A stretch of 64,000 nt of DNA, taken from contig JBDRJV010000022.1 of assembly GCA_043814605.1 (NCBI GenBank), positions 85,305-149,304 on the forward strand. Direction: 5' to 3'. This DNA comes from Candidatus Omnitrophota bacterium (GTDB lineage: Bacteria > Omnitrophota > Gorgyraeia > B26-G9). Made by a program: the position numbers and the translations under genes. Below the pieces are notes generated by a model that was not told the DNA's origin, made no database searches, and worked only from the letters and a program-made list of their open reading frames with translations. Positions 29,082 through 39,967 of the stretch are shown here, one piece after another. Position 1 is the first letter of the stretch; each line of letters opens with the position of its first letter.

Positions 29082-30509
29082 ATGAAAAAATCTCAAAAAA
29101 ACTTGAAAATTTATTTAGAAAAAACATTTAATTTAATTTTAAATAAAAATCAATTTCAGGAAATTGACCGTTTGATTTTCGAGATAATGCAACGCGATTC
29201 AGCCGAAAAAGAAGAAATTATAAATAATTTAATAAAAAAAGATCTTTTTGAAAAAATAAAAAAATCTTCTGCTAAAAACAAATTCTCTCTGATTAAAAAT
29301 TTATTAATAGAAATGCGCTTTCCGCTTACAGCAGGGCAATATCCCATAAAAACCCAAGATGTTTTTTTGAGCAAACTTAACCCGCCGCTGGAAATACCTC
29401 CTAAAAAAAATATCTCCTCTGCTTTATTTACACCGGAAAAAATTTTTGTCGAGAAAAAAGTGAAAAACTCTTATTTGTCTGAAAAATTTAAAAGTAAATT
29501 CCCGAGGATTAAAATACAAGAAATTAGCTATGCCTTTGAATACATAAAGAAAAACAAATTTAACCTTAAAGATTTAAAAAAACCTTATGTATTTATTGTG
29601 CGAGAGCAGCGGGATTTTATCAAGCCCTGCCCCTGCACAAAAAACCATTTGGGCTGCGGTTATTGGATTTTTAATCTGGGATTTGGCTGCCCTTATGATT
29701 GCGCTTATTGTTTTCTGCAGCAGTACGCAAATTTTCCCGGGATTATGCTGCCGGCTAATTTTGACGATTTTTTTGCAGATTTTGATAACTTTTACAAAAA
29801 AATTAACCGCCCCATACGTATTGGCACAGGAGAATTCTGCGATTCTTTGGCTTTGGACGATATCACAGAGTACTCTTCCCTGTTAATTGACTTTTTCCGA
29901 GAAAAAAATGTTTTATTTGAATTAAAAACAAAAAGTAATAACATTGCTAATATTCTCAAATCAAAACCAGCTAAAAATATTATTATTTCTTTTAGTGTTA
30001 ATCCTCAAAGTTTAATTGACTCCCAGGAATTTTTTACGGCAACACTCCAGCAGCGAATCCAGGCGGCAAAAGCAATTCAAGAAAAAAGTTTTTCTTTAGC
30101 TTTTCATTTTGATCCGATAATTTATACAAAAAACTGGCAAAGCCTATATCAGGAAGTTATCGATGAACTTTACAAAAACCTTAAAACTCCTTTTATGTGG
30201 ATAAGTCTGGGCACATTACGCGGCACCCGTACACTCAAAAATGTATCAGAAGTAAGATTCCCAGAAAAGAACATCTTTTACGGTGAATTATTTCTCGGGC
30301 CTGACAAAAAATTGCGTTATCCGAAATTCCTACGAAAAGAGATTTATAAATTCATAAACAGCAGTATTAGAAAATATGACCAAAAAACACCTGTATATTT
30401 ATGCATGGAGGATCAGGACTGCTGGTCAGCTTTAGAAAGTAAATCCTTTGATACAGCCAAAATCGAAGATTACCTGATTAATCCGAAAAAACCGTTAGAA
30501 TTCAAATAA
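29082..30509 (+). CDS. Radical SAM protein of the spore-photoproduct-lyase (SPL) family with ~140-aa N-terminal extension
   Basis: PCPCTKNHLGCGYWIFNLGFGCPYDCAYCFLQQY resembles SplB CCGYYILNLGFGCPMDCSYCYLQGY; CX3CX2C. Confidence 0.7.
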   Translation: MKKSQKNLKIYLEKTFNLILNKNQFQEIDRLIFEIMQRDSAEKEEIINNLIKKDLFEKIKKSSAKNKFSLIKNLLIEMRFPLTAGQYPIKTQDVFLSKLNPPLEIPPKKNISSALFTPEKIFVEKKVKNSYLSEKFKSKFPRIKIQEISYAFEYIKKNKFNLKDLKKPYVFIVREQRDFIKPCPCTKNHLGCGYWIFNLGFGCPYDCAYCFLQQYANFPGIMLPANFDDFFADFDNFYKKINRPIRIGTGEFCDSLALDDITEYSSLLIDFFREKNVLFELKTKSNNIANILKSKPAKNIIISFSVNPQSLIDSQEFFTATLQQRIQAAKAIQEKSFSLAFHFDPIIYTKNWQSLYQEVIDELYKNLKTPFMWISLGTLRGTRTLKNVSEVRFPEKNIFYGELFLGPDKKLRYPKFLRKEIYKFINSSIRKYDQKTPVYLCMEDQDCWSALESKSFDTAKIEDYLINPKKPLEFK

Positions 30510-30578
30510 TTGATAATGTAAAATAAGTTTCGCGTTTTAGGTATTGCCAACGTAAAGAAAAAGGCATAACCTCTTAGG

Positions 30579-31863
30579 TTGATAACGGAAATTATTAACC
30601 TAACCGGCCGGAAGGCCAGCAAAGGAGGCTATGCCATGAAGTCAGTAGATTTTTATAGTAGTAATGTAGCAAAGCAATGGCAGTATGTAAAGCGTAATTT
30701 ACGCGAGATGGGGTTATTGAAGATTACTGAAGGTTTGGATATAGAGACAAAGGCAAGGATGATCATAGAGCAGTTTTTTCAGCAAACAGTGTACGGGGAA
30801 TTCAGGAAACAGCTTCATGCGGATAGATATGAACGAAAAGCTGAACGCTATGATATACGTTCAGGATATTACAACAGAATGTTTACTAGTACATACGGCA
30901 TTTGTAATTTGCTTATTCCAAAAGTGAGGAAGAAAAGCCGGGAATATAACTATGAGTTATTTGATAAGTATCAGCGTAGGCAAAAGAAATTTGATGATAT
31001 GGTAGTATTGTCATTATTGTTGGGATTTTCTACGAGGAAACAGGAGCGATTTTTCAGGTCATTTATTGGAACAAGTGTAAGTCATAAGACGGCATCAAGT
31101 TTGATGCAAAATCTTAGTGATGATTTAAATGAATACCGCAACAAGAGAATCGAAGATAAATATAGATTTATATTTATTGACGCAATATGGGTAAACATAA
31201 AAGAGATAGACACTAAGAAGCGGCCGATATTATTTACAATGGGAATAAGTACCGATGGGCAACAAGAGATTATCGCGTTTAAGTTGGCAGAAGGCGAAAC
31301 AGAGCTAGAGTATACTAATTTTCTGAATGATCTTTACCGCAGAGGGCTGCAAGGTAAAGTATTGGAATTGATAATTCGACGGGTCTAAAGCAATTACATC
31401 AGCAGTAAAGACAATATACCCATATACGCCTAGGCAGCGTTGTTACACGCATAAATTAAGGAATTTACTGCAGAATATACGGTATAAGTTTAAACATAGA
31501 GCCAAGATATCAAAAGAAGTCAGAAATATATATAAAGCAGAGTCAAGGCAGGAAGCAATAAAAAGATTTAAAACATTTGTTGAAGCTTGGCGAAAAGTAG
31601 AACCTAAAGCGATTAAATGTTTTCAAGATGAGTTTTATAATACTCTTAATTTCTATGATTTTCCAAAGGAGATAAGAAGTGTGATTTCAACGACAAATCA
31701 TCTTGAGCGATTTTTAGAAGAAATTCGCCGAAGGATTAAGATTCAAGGGTATTTTAAAAGTGAAAGAAGCCTTAATCTTTGGATTTTTGGGCTTATTCAA
31801 CAAATACAACTAAAGCCCATACAACAACCTAAGAGAATGCTTAAAACTAAAAGTGCGAAATAA
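30579..31863 (+). mobile_element. IS256-family (Mutator-type) transposase gene disrupted by a single-nucleotide frameshift near 31375-31378. Likely true start ATG 30636 with AAAGGAGG SD; the C-terminal part 31378-31863 is in another frame
   Basis: N-part ...RRGLQGKVLELII then out-of-frame continuation DGSKAITSAVKTIYPYTPRQRCYTHKLRNLL (QRCxxHxxRN hallmark of IS256 transposases); combined length about 430 aa; IS ends not identified. Confidence 0.8.
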
Positions 31864-32167
31864 TCGTTGCTTTACTAAATAATTAATATATTTGACAGAT
31901 ATATTATTTTGTGATATCTTATGAAAACATAATTTTCAGGAAAAAGAAATATAATTATATCTGATATTGTTTTTTTAAAATATTTGATTTAGGTGCCGAG
32001 GTAGCTTCCCGCCAAAATACAGCGGGATTAATTCGCAGACAGCTTAAAAAGCCTATAATTTACCTTGATGTAAATTATAGGCTCATTAACAGTCTACCGA
32101 CTTCGCAAAAATGAAATTGTGCAATAAGTAATAAAAGCTTTTTATTTAAAAATAAACTATATTGTGT

Positions 32168-32243
32168 GCCGAGGTAGCTCAGTCGGTAGAGCGAGGGACT
32201 GAAAATCCCTGCGTGGGCGGTTCGATTCCGTCCCTCGGCACCA
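32168..32243 (+). tRNA. tRNA-Phe (anticodon GAA), CCA encoded
   Basis: GCCGAGGTAGCTCAGTCGGTAGAGC...GGACTGAAAATCC...GGTTCGATTCC...CCTCGGCACCA cloverleaf read by eye. Confidence 0.93.
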
Positions 32244-32253
32244 TTATAAAAAA

Positions 32254-32279
32254 AGACTCTCGAGAGAGAGCCTTTTTTA
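32254..32279. terminator. Weak bidirectional intrinsic terminator (CTCTC-GAGA-GAGAG stem-loop flanked by A-run and T-run) after tRNA-Phe and after the minus-strand hydrolase gene
   Basis: 5-bp GC/AT stem, tetraloop, TTTTTT following. Confidence 0.35.
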
Positions 32280-32314
32280 TATATCCGCAAGCAACGCATA
32301 AAGCCAACTAAATA

Positions 32315-33055
32315 TTATAAAAGTGTTTCTTCAAACCATTGTTTAATATTTTCCATTAACTCTTTTTCGTTTTTTCTTAGGAGATACTCAGCATGTGGGC
32401 CTTTTTTAATAATCAAGAGCTGTTTTTTTGATTTTGTTCTTTTATACAGCAATTCAGAGTGATTTTTTTTAATCACCCAATCTGCATCACCGTGAATATA
32501 AAAAATCGGGATATTCAGCCGGCAAACCAGCTTAATCGGTTTATCTTTTTTTAACCAGAACGGGCCCGGACGAACCCCTTTGCCTTTACTTCCCTTTCCC
32601 GCCAAAGTATAAAATATGTCGTTTTCAATATCCAAGTCCCAAAAATGGTAATCAATTTTATTAAATTCTGTTGGAGTACTGATACAAATACAGCTGTGTA
32701 CTGATTTCGAACGCGTTAAAGCAATAATACTTGTGGCCGCGCCTAAGGAAAATCCAATCAATCCAATCCGAGAATATTTTTCCCGGGCAAATTTGATTAT
32801 TGCTTTTAAATCATGGTATTCCCGGGAAGTCCAATAGAATAACCCGTCACTTTTTCCATGCCCCCGGAAATCAAAAGCAATCACATCAACTTTCCACTGG
32901 TAAAGATTCTTAATTAATGCCTGTATTAAATCTGAACTTTTACTATTGAAAAATCCGTGCGCAATAATCACTACAGCCTGGTTACCCGCCTGGTAATGAT
33001 CATAATGTATTTGTTTAGCATCAAGAGTTAACACAATTCCTGATATTTTTTTCAT
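32315..33055 (-). CDS. Alpha/beta-fold hydrolase
   Basis: VIIAHGFFNSKSS ... GFSLGAA nucleophile elbow (GxSxG). Confidence 0.75.
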   Translation of the reverse strand: MKKISGIVLTLDAKQIHYDHYQAGNQAVVIIAHGFFNSKSSDLIQALIKNLYQWKVDVIAFDFRGHGKSDGLFYWTSREYHDLKAIIKFAREKYSRIGLIGFSLGAATSIIALTRSKSVHSCICISTPTEFNKIDYHFWDLDIENDIFYTLAGKGSKGKGVRPGPFWLKKDKPIKLVCRLNIPIFYIHGDADWVIKKNHSELLYKRTKSKKQLLIIKKGPHAEYLLRKNEKELMENIKQWFEETLL

Positions 33056-33915
33056 ATATTCCCCAAATAAACAAGTTTGAGTTTTTTCTGGGCAATTGCC
33101 AATGCCCTTTCTAAAGTAGCGCGGGGGGTCATTTCCGTAACTAATTTATAACAAGGAAAATAGCGGGAAAAATGCAGCGGTGTTTCCGCTCCGGTATTAT
33201 CAAAAATCCAATCAGTAATTTTCTCAAAATGCTCATCCGTATCATTCTCTCCCGGAATAATTAAATTTGTTAATTCAATATGACAACTTTGGTTAGCTCG
33301 CTTAATAGTATTCAAAACCGGATCCCGAGACCCTTGACAAATTTTTTTGTAAAAATCATTATCCATTGATTTTAAATCAATATTCATCGCTCCGATAAAG
33401 GGTAAAATTTCATCCAGCGGCTCTGGGTTTACATATCCGTTGGTAACTAAAACATTTTCTAAGTTGTTTTTTTTAGCTAACTTTGCACAATCGCACACAA
33501 ATTCATACCAGATAAAAGGCTCATTATAAGTGTAGGCAATCCCCAAAATATTTAAACGCTGTGTTTCTTTAATTATCTCCTCTGGAGTGATGTCTTCTAA
33601 GGCAATATTAGGATTTTGTGAAATATGCCAATTTTGGCAAAAAGAACACTTTAAATTGCATCCTTTTGTGCCTAAAGAAAGAATCACCTGCCCCGGATGA
33701 AAATGATAAAGCGGTTTTTTCTCAATCGGATCCAGTGCAATCCCGGTTGTTTTACCATAAATCAAGGAATAAAGTTCTCCTTTTATGTTTTTACGCACAC
33801 CGCATATCCCTGTTTTCCCGTCGATAATAATACAATTTTGCGGGCATAATTGACATTGAAGATCATTGTTTCTTAGCTTTTTAAAAAAACTTGCTTTAAA
33901 TAGTTTAGTACCCAT
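33052..33915 (-). CDS. Radical SAM enzyme of the PflA/NrdG-like activase clade (resembles AmmeMemoRadiSam-system enzyme)
   Basis: N-terminal Cys-rich CQLCPQNC...GICGVR, DPIEKKPLYHFHPG, CNLKCSFCQNWHISQ. Confidence 0.65.
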   Translation of the reverse strand: MGTKLFKASFFKKLRNNDLQCQLCPQNCIIIDGKTGICGVRKNIKGELYSLIYGKTTGIALDPIEKKPLYHFHPGQVILSLGTKGCNLKCSFCQNWHISQNPNIALEDITPEEIIKETQRLNILGIAYTYNEPFIWYEFVCDCAKLAKKNNLENVLVTNGYVNPEPLDEILPFIGAMNIDLKSMDNDFYKKICQGSRDPVLNTIKRANQSCHIELTNLIIPGENDTDEHFEKITDWIFDNTGAETPLHFSRYFPCYKLVTEMTPRATLERALAIAQKKLKLVYLGNI

Positions 33916-33951
33916 AAGTTCTCTAGTATTATTTTTTTAAACAATATTTTT

Positions 33952-34716
33952 TTATATCCCCCTAACTAAAGAATTTTTAACAAATTTACAAGCTAGCTCA
34001 GCAATCTGCTCAAGCATTTCTTTAGAATAAGGTTTTAATAAACCCATTTTAGAATCTAGTGTATCTTTAGGATCAAATTGCTGCAGTACATATTTTTTTG
34101 CTCCTTGTATAGACTGCGCAATTTTTAAAATATCTTCTTTATCTAATAAACCGGGAATTACTGTTGTGCGGAATTCATAGTCAATTTTACTATCGATCAG
34201 AAAATTAATGCTTTGTTTTATATCCAGAAGATCAACCGTGGCTGCGGTAAGCTGAATATATTTTTCCTCAGTTAAAGGAGCCTTAATATCCATAGCCACA
34301 TAATCAATAAGTTTTTCATTGATTAACTCTTGGAGCATTTGGGGCCGGGTACCGTTAGTATCAATTTTGACAAGCAAATTTCTAGCCTTAATGTCCCGCA
34401 ATAATTCCTTTAAATGCGGATAAAGCATCGGTTCTCCGCCCTGTAAAACTACCGCATCAATCCAGTCCCGCTTTTCTTGAAAAAACTCCTCAATTTTTTT
34501 ATAAGGTACAGTCGGAATATTTTCGGAATTAAATATTAAAGTGCTAGAATGACAAAATGGGCAACGTAAATTACAGCCGGAAAGATAAATTACACAGGCA
34601 ATTTTTCCCTCCCAGTCAATAAAAGTATGCGGATTAAAACCCTTAATTAAGTGTTCCATATTTATTTTTTTAATATCGGCAATTATATTTTTAATTTTTA
34701 CAAGTATTTCAAACAA
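33952..34716 (-). CDS. nrdG: Anaerobic ribonucleoside-triphosphate reductase activating protein
   Basis: CNLRCPFCHSS radical SAM motif, 254 aa, adjacent to nrdD. Confidence 0.82.
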   Translation of the reverse strand: MFEILVKIKNIIADIKKINMEHLIKGFNPHTFIDWEGKIACVIYLSGCNLRCPFCHSSTLIFNSENIPTVPYKKIEEFFQEKRDWIDAVVLQGGEPMLYPHLKELLRDIKARNLLVKIDTNGTRPQMLQELINEKLIDYVAMDIKAPLTEEKYIQLTAATVDLLDIKQSINFLIDSKIDYEFRTTVIPGLLDKEDILKIAQSIQGAKKYVLQQFDPKDTLDSKMGLLKPYSKEMLEQIAELACKFVKNSLVRGI

Positions 34717-34779
34717 AAAGACAGCAAGCCTCTTATGCTAACTGTCCTTTGCCTAAAAAAATTAAAATATATTCTATAA

Positions 34780-35058
34780 TTAAGTCACGTCTTCGATAAG
34801 ATGCTCTTTTATTTTTTCTGAATGCGGTACTTCTCCCTCCCAACGGGCAACTACTTCGTTATCCTTTTCAAATATGGTTGTGGGAATTTGTAAAACATCA
34901 TTATATGCACCTTCGGCCATTCCATCCACTGTATCCATATCATGAAAATCTAATTTTACCTGATCGTCTACTTCCCATTTTGCCACAAAATGTTTAATTT
35001 TATTTTTTGTTGTTTCACATTTAGCACAGCCTTTTTTACCAAAAACTTTTATATTCAT
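34780..35058 (-). CDS. Glutaredoxin/NrdH-like thioredoxin-fold protein
   Basis: IKVFGKKGCAKCETTK CxxC at start of a 92-aa ORF between nrdD and nrdG. Confidence 0.55.
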   Translation of the reverse strand: MNIKVFGKKGCAKCETTKNKIKHFVAKWEVDDQVKLDFHDMDTVDGMAEGAYNDVLQIPTTIFEKDNEVVARWEGEVPHSEKIKEHLIEDVT

Positions 35059-37487
35059 TCTCCTGTCCCCTCCTGCACTTTATAATTACCGCTGCGGCGG
35101 TCCTCAAGCTCAGCCAGTTTTGAAGGATTCCAATTATTAACCCGGCTAAAGTATCCGACGATTCTGGTTATATTATAGACATCTACAGACCCGCAATCAC
35201 TACATTTTTCTGCTAAGCCGCGACTTGTTTTAGAGCAGCTATTACAAACCGTAAATTCCGGACTAATTGTTAACTGTGCGGTTTGCGTTTTAAGCAGTGT
35301 TTTTTTGACCAAACTTAATATTGATTTAGGGTCGGGTTTTTGTTCTCCGACAAAAGCGTGAATAATTGCCCCGGATTCAATCAATGTATGGAATTTACTC
35401 TGTTTTTGAATTCTGGTAAGTAAATCTATCTGGGCATCAGCTTTAAAGTGAATACTATTTGTATAATAGTACCGGTCATTTTCAATATCCCCTTTAATCA
35501 CATTTGCCGCTTCGGGAAACTGACGTAAATCAACTTTGGGCAAGCGGCGGCAGGCAGATTCAGCCGGAGATTCTTCTAAAGAAAATTTAAGCCCGTATTT
35601 CTCCCCGTATTCTTTGATTTTATAATTCATGTAGGAAACAATTTTTAATCCCAGTTTAAATATTTCCTCTGATTCATGCAATTCCTGCCCGGTCAGAAAC
35701 TGGACACATTCATTAAGCCCGATTAAGCCGATAATATACGTTGCTTTTTCCAGGTCAATGTAGGGCCGACCATCCTTGGCCGGTTTACCTACCTCCCACA
35801 TGGGCATTCCTGGCTCATTCATAATCCGAGTAATAAAATCCTTTTTCTCTAAATGAGCCTTTACAGCAATATCCATTGCTTTTTCTATTTCCTTGTAAAT
35901 AAGATCAATATTATTTTTACCCGCCCGGTATGCTGCTTGGGGTAAGTTTATGGTGATATTTTGAAACCCGCAAAAACGCATACTTTCCGGATGTTCAATC
36001 ATATACATATCACTTATTTTTTGACGTAAACGACAGCACTGCGAAAGAACTGCTTCATCTCCGCGGTCAAAGACAAAATAAGGGGTCCCGTTTTCTGAAG
36101 CAACCAGGCAAGCATATTCTAATAACTCTAATTGCTGGGGATCTTCGAAAGTTTGCTCTTCAATATGTAAATCACATTTAGGAAAAGCAAACATCCGGCC
36201 ATCACGGTCTCCATCACGCCAAACATCCAACATTGCCTTAGCAAAGGCTCTTACTGTTTGTTCATATTCGCCATATGTACGTCCGGTATATTTCCCTCCC
36301 GGGCCAATTGCCGGAATATTGCGTAAATATTTTGGGACTCCAATATGAACATTGAAATCAATAAATAAACTCTGGCTGCCGCGGGAAAATGCATTTTGGG
36401 ATGCAGAAAAAATCAGGTATTGCGCTTCTTGTTTCATTTCTTTTTCACTCATTCCCTCAATAAATGGCGCATACATAATATTAATGTAACCAATCCCTAA
36501 TGCTCCCGCGTAATAAGCCTGCAAAGAAGCTAAAAATGTATTCAAATGACCGGTAAGAGTCCGGGCATATTTAGCCGGACCGCTTGTTGTAAAAAGATTC
36601 CCTAATTCTAAACCGTACTTTTTTAAATATTCGATAGAGTGCGAACCGCAATAAGCCCGCGGGTAACCTAGATCGTGGATATGCACCATACCAGTAAGAT
36701 GAGCATTCCCCACATCCTCGGAAAAAACTTTCTGTAACACATATTGTTTTAAAATTGTTTCGGCAATGGAAAGATTGACTGCTTCCGGATTATTGGAAGC
36801 GATATTAGAATTTTCACAACTTTTTGAATAGAGCAATTGTTCTAAATCAAAAATCGGCATACCAATTGCGCTCTGTTTCGAAAGAGATTTATCTAAGCCT
36901 CTTTCGAAAAGTTCATTATCAACTAGTTCGCGAATCAGTGCCGTTGAAATCCTTGTTAATTCTGAATTAAAAACTTTTTTTTCAACACCGGAGGCAATCT
37001 CTAAAGCTAAATCTTCGTCAATATTTGCTTCTTTTTGTAACGCCAGTGCAATTCTGCCTTTATCCCAATTCAAAATCTCATCTTTAGATAGAGGCGTTAC
37101 CAAAAGAGCTAAATCTGTAGAATTAGAACGCCCTTTTACTTTTTTGCGTACCTTTAAATTTTCTCGTATTTTCCTTCTTTTTTCCCGGTAAAGAATGTAA
37201 GCTTTTGCGGTTCTCGCATGACCTGTTTCTATCAAAACTTTTTCCACCACATCCTGTATTTGCTCAATTGTCGGAGCTTCATTTTTATATTGTTTTTCCA
37301 AAAAAAGCACTACTGCATTAGCCAGCTCATCCGCTAAAAGTTTATCTTCTCCTCCTACAGCTTGCGCTGCCTTAAATATCGCTTCACTTATTTTCCTTTT
37401 ATTAAATTCTACAATCCGGCCATCCCTTTTCTGCACGCTGTCCATAACTTTTCCTTCCATGGAAGTTTTTTCATTCCGTACCAACAT
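35055..37487 (-). CDS. nrdD: Anaerobic (class III) ribonucleoside-triphosphate reductase with N-terminal ATP-cone
   Basis: ATP-cone region (RDGRIVEFNKRKISEAIFKA), C-terminal Zn ribbon CNSCS...CSDCGS and glycyl-radical motif RIVGYFSRV; 810 aa. Confidence 0.92.
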   Translation of the reverse strand: MLVRNEKTSMEGKVMDSVQKRDGRIVEFNKRKISEAIFKAAQAVGGEDKLLADELANAVVLFLEKQYKNEAPTIEQIQDVVEKVLIETGHARTAKAYILYREKRRKIRENLKVRKKVKGRSNSTDLALLVTPLSKDEILNWDKGRIALALQKEANIDEDLALEIASGVEKKVFNSELTRISTALIRELVDNELFERGLDKSLSKQSAIGMPIFDLEQLLYSKSCENSNIASNNPEAVNLSIAETILKQYVLQKVFSEDVGNAHLTGMVHIHDLGYPRAYCGSHSIEYLKKYGLELGNLFTTSGPAKYARTLTGHLNTFLASLQAYYAGALGIGYINIMYAPFIEGMSEKEMKQEAQYLIFSASQNAFSRGSQSLFIDFNVHIGVPKYLRNIPAIGPGGKYTGRTYGEYEQTVRAFAKAMLDVWRDGDRDGRMFAFPKCDLHIEEQTFEDPQQLELLEYACLVASENGTPYFVFDRGDEAVLSQCCRLRQKISDMYMIEHPESMRFCGFQNITINLPQAAYRAGKNNIDLIYKEIEKAMDIAVKAHLEKKDFITRIMNEPGMPMWEVGKPAKDGRPYIDLEKATYIIGLIGLNECVQFLTGQELHESEEIFKLGLKIVSYMNYKIKEYGEKYGLKFSLEESPAESACRRLPKVDLRQFPEAANVIKGDIENDRYYYTNSIHFKADAQIDLLTRIQKQSKFHTLIESGAIIHAFVGEQKPDPKSILSLVKKTLLKTQTAQLTISPEFTVCNSCSKTSRGLAEKCSDCGSVDVYNITRIVGYFSRVNNWNPSKLAELEDRRSGNYKVQEGTGE

Positions 37488-37490
37488 TGC

Positions 37491-37952
37491 TTATTCCCTC
37501 CTCTTATTCAACAGATCCTTCAACTCTCCTAAAAATTGATTTATATCTTTAAACTGCCGATACACTGATGCAAACCTTACATAAGCAACCTCATCTATAT
37601 CCTGCAAGTGCTGCATAAGAAGTTCCCCAATATCTGAGCTGACCACCTCTTTATCATACTTTTTTTGTAATGCCCGTTCGATTGAATCAACCACTCCTTC
37701 AATCTTTTCCATGCTTACAGGACGTTTTTCACAAGCTCTTAAAAGTCCGGATAAAATTTTATTCCGGTCATAAGGTTCACGCCGTCCGTCTTTTTTAATA
37801 ATCATCAATGCTGTTTTCTCAATATATTCATATGTTGTAAATCTACGTTGACATTTTAAACATTCGCGTCTTCTACGGATTGAATCACCTTCTGAAGAAA
37901 TTCGAGAATCAACTACTTTGTCCTCAATATTACCGCAAAACGGGCATTTCAT
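37491..37952 (-). CDS. nrdR: Transcriptional repressor NrdR
   Basis: [42 protein letters not shown] Zn-ribbon plus ATP-cone. Confidence 0.93.
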   Translation of the reverse strand: MKCPFCGNIEDKVVDSRISSEGDSIRRRRECLKCQRRFTTYEYIEKTALMIIKKDGRREPYDRNKILSGLLRACEKRPVSMEKIEGVVDSIERALQKKYDKEVVSSDIGELLMQHLQDIDEVAYVRFASVYRQFKDINQFLGELKDLLNKRRE

Positions 37953-38119
37953 GGAGTATAAAACCTTTTTTTGATAGACTGGAGATACACACTATATTGT
38001 AGTTACGATAGCATATTATACTATATATAGTGTCTTGTCAATAATTATTTTTAGCTAAAAAAACCTGTTTTTTGGTGATTTAGGCCGGATTTAAGCGTAT
38101 TATCACAGAGATACACAAA

Positions 38120-38602
38120 TTAACGCGGTTTTTTGATTACCGTTACCTTAACCTTTGCTTCATCAAGAATTTTTTTGGCAAATTTATCAGGGTATTTTGA
38201 AAGAACAACTATCTTTTTAATTCCGGCATTAATAATCATTTTAGCACAAATAACACAAGGCTGATTACTACAATAAATAATACTATCTTTAACACTAATA
38301 CCATATTGAGCTGCTTGTAAAATCGCATTCATTTCTGCATGTAAAGCCCGGCAAAGCTCATGACGCTCTCCGGATGGTATTTTTAATTTATCCCGCAAAC
38401 AACCAATTTTTTCACAATGTTCCAGCCCTGAAGGCGCCCCATTATATCCTGTAGCCAAGATCCGCTTTTCTTTAACAATGACCGCTCCCACTTGTCTGCG
38501 TAAGCAAGTTGAACGTTTCGCAACCAGGCTAACAATACTCAAAAAATATTCATCCCAACTGGGTCGTGATTTTTTTTTATTCATTATTTTTTCACTCTTC
38601 AT
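38120..38602 (-). CDS. dCMP/cytidine deaminase family protein (deoxycytidylate deaminase, ComEB-like)
   Basis: HAEMNAI ... [13 protein letters not shown] zinc-binding deaminase motifs. Confidence 0.85.
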   Translation of the reverse strand: MKSEKIMNKKKSRPSWDEYFLSIVSLVAKRSTCLRRQVGAVIVKEKRILATGYNGAPSGLEHCEKIGCLRDKLKIPSGERHELCRALHAEMNAILQAAQYGISVKDSIIYCSNQPCVICAKMIINAGIKKIVVLSKYPDKFAKKILDEAKVKVTVIKKPR

Positions 38603-38655
38603 TTTTTCAATTATTTAATTTTATATTCTGATTTTTGAATTTTAATTTTTCTTTT

Positions 38656-39897
38656 TTATTCATACAAAGGAAATTTTGAAGTTAACAATTTAACTTTTTG
38701 TTTTGCTTTTTTCATATCATCAAAAGTAGGCAATCCCTGCCGGACCAAAATCATATCGATAATACTTGCGATTTGGCCCATTTGATTTTCTTTCATGCCG
38801 CGCGTGGTTACAGCCGGAGTTCCTAATCTTATGCCGCTGGTAACAAAAGGTGATTTTACATCAAACGGAATTAAATTTTTGTTAACCGTAACATTTACTT
38901 TCCCTAATATTGCTTGGGCATCTTTGCCGGTAATGTTACGGCTAGACAAATCAACTAACATCAGATGGTTATCTGTGCCGCCGGTAACAATGCGAAACCC
39001 TTTTTGTTTTAAACTTTCTGCTAAGCCGCGTGCATTTACCGTGATTTGTTTTTGATAAGTTTTAAATCCAGGGGTTAACGCTTCTTTAAACGAAACTGCT
39101 TTTGCCGCGATTGTGTGCATTAACGGCCCGCCTTGTGTGCCGGGAAAAACATTTAAATCGATTTTTTTGGCAAATTCGCTGCCGCAAAGGATTAACCCGC
39201 CGCGCGGCCCTCTTAAAGTTTTATGAGTTGTTGTCGTAACAAACTCTGCATAAGGCACAGGACTTTGATGAAGTCCCGCTGCCACTAATCCGGCAATATG
39301 CGCCATATCGGCTAACAGGTATGCCCCAACTTTATCACAAATTTTACGAAATTTTTTAAAATCAATAGCCCGCGGATAAGCTGAAGCACCGGCTAAAATC
39401 AATTTTGGCTTGTGTTTTTTCGCTAAATCTTCTATTTCCTCATAATCTAATCTCTCGGTTTTCTTGTTAACCCCATAAGGAACAATATGATAAAACACAC
39501 CGGAAAAATTAAGCGGGTGTCCGTGTGAAAGATGCCCTCCGCAAGCTAAATCCATAGCTAAAACTGTATCATTAGCACGCAGCACACTCATAAAAACAGC
39601 CATATTTGCCTGTGCCCCGCTATGCGGCTGTACATTAGCATGCTCAGCTTTAAAAAGTTTCTTTGCCCTTTCAATCGCCAATCGCTCAGCTTCGTCAACA
39701 AATTCACACCCCCCATACCAGCGTGCTCCGGGATAACCTTCTGCATACTTATTTGTTAATACAGAACCTTGTGCTTCCATCACTGCAAATGAAGTAAAAT
39801 TTTCACTAGCGATTAATTCAATATGTTCTCTTTGTCTTTTTAATTCTTTTTGTACTGCCTTATAAATTTCCGCATCAACTTTTTTTAAATATTTCAT
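38656..39897 (-). CDS. glyA: Serine hydroxymethyltransferase
   Basis: Full-length SHMT pattern including [17 protein letters not shown]-lysine region. Confidence 0.95.
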   Translation of the reverse strand: MKYLKKVDAEIYKAVQKELKRQREHIELIASENFTSFAVMEAQGSVLTNKYAEGYPGARWYGGCEFVDEAERLAIERAKKLFKAEHANVQPHSGAQANMAVFMSVLRANDTVLAMDLACGGHLSHGHPLNFSGVFYHIVPYGVNKKTERLDYEEIEDLAKKHKPKLILAGASAYPRAIDFKKFRKICDKVGAYLLADMAHIAGLVAAGLHQSPVPYAEFVTTTTHKTLRGPRGGLILCGSEFAKKIDLNVFPGTQGGPLMHTIAAKAVSFKEALTPGFKTYQKQITVNARGLAESLKQKGFRIVTGGTDNHLMLVDLSSRNITGKDAQAILGKVNVTVNKNLIPFDVKSPFVTSGIRLGTPAVTTRGMKENQMGQIASIIDMILVRQGLPTFDDMKKAKQKVKLLTSKFPLYE

Positions 39898-39967
39898 TTG
39901 TGTTTAGCCTCGCTTTTGTAATTATTACTTTTGTATTTATGAAACCTTTGACAATCTTAGGATAAGT

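Noticed and set aside
31681-31863. 60-aa ORF called as a separate gene
   Set aside because: It is the in-frame tail of the frameshifted IS256 transposase (the frame continues back to 31378 without a start codon), not an independent gene
32075-32299. 74-aa minus-strand ORF
   Set aside because: Overlaps tRNA-Phe and its terminator; no coding signal
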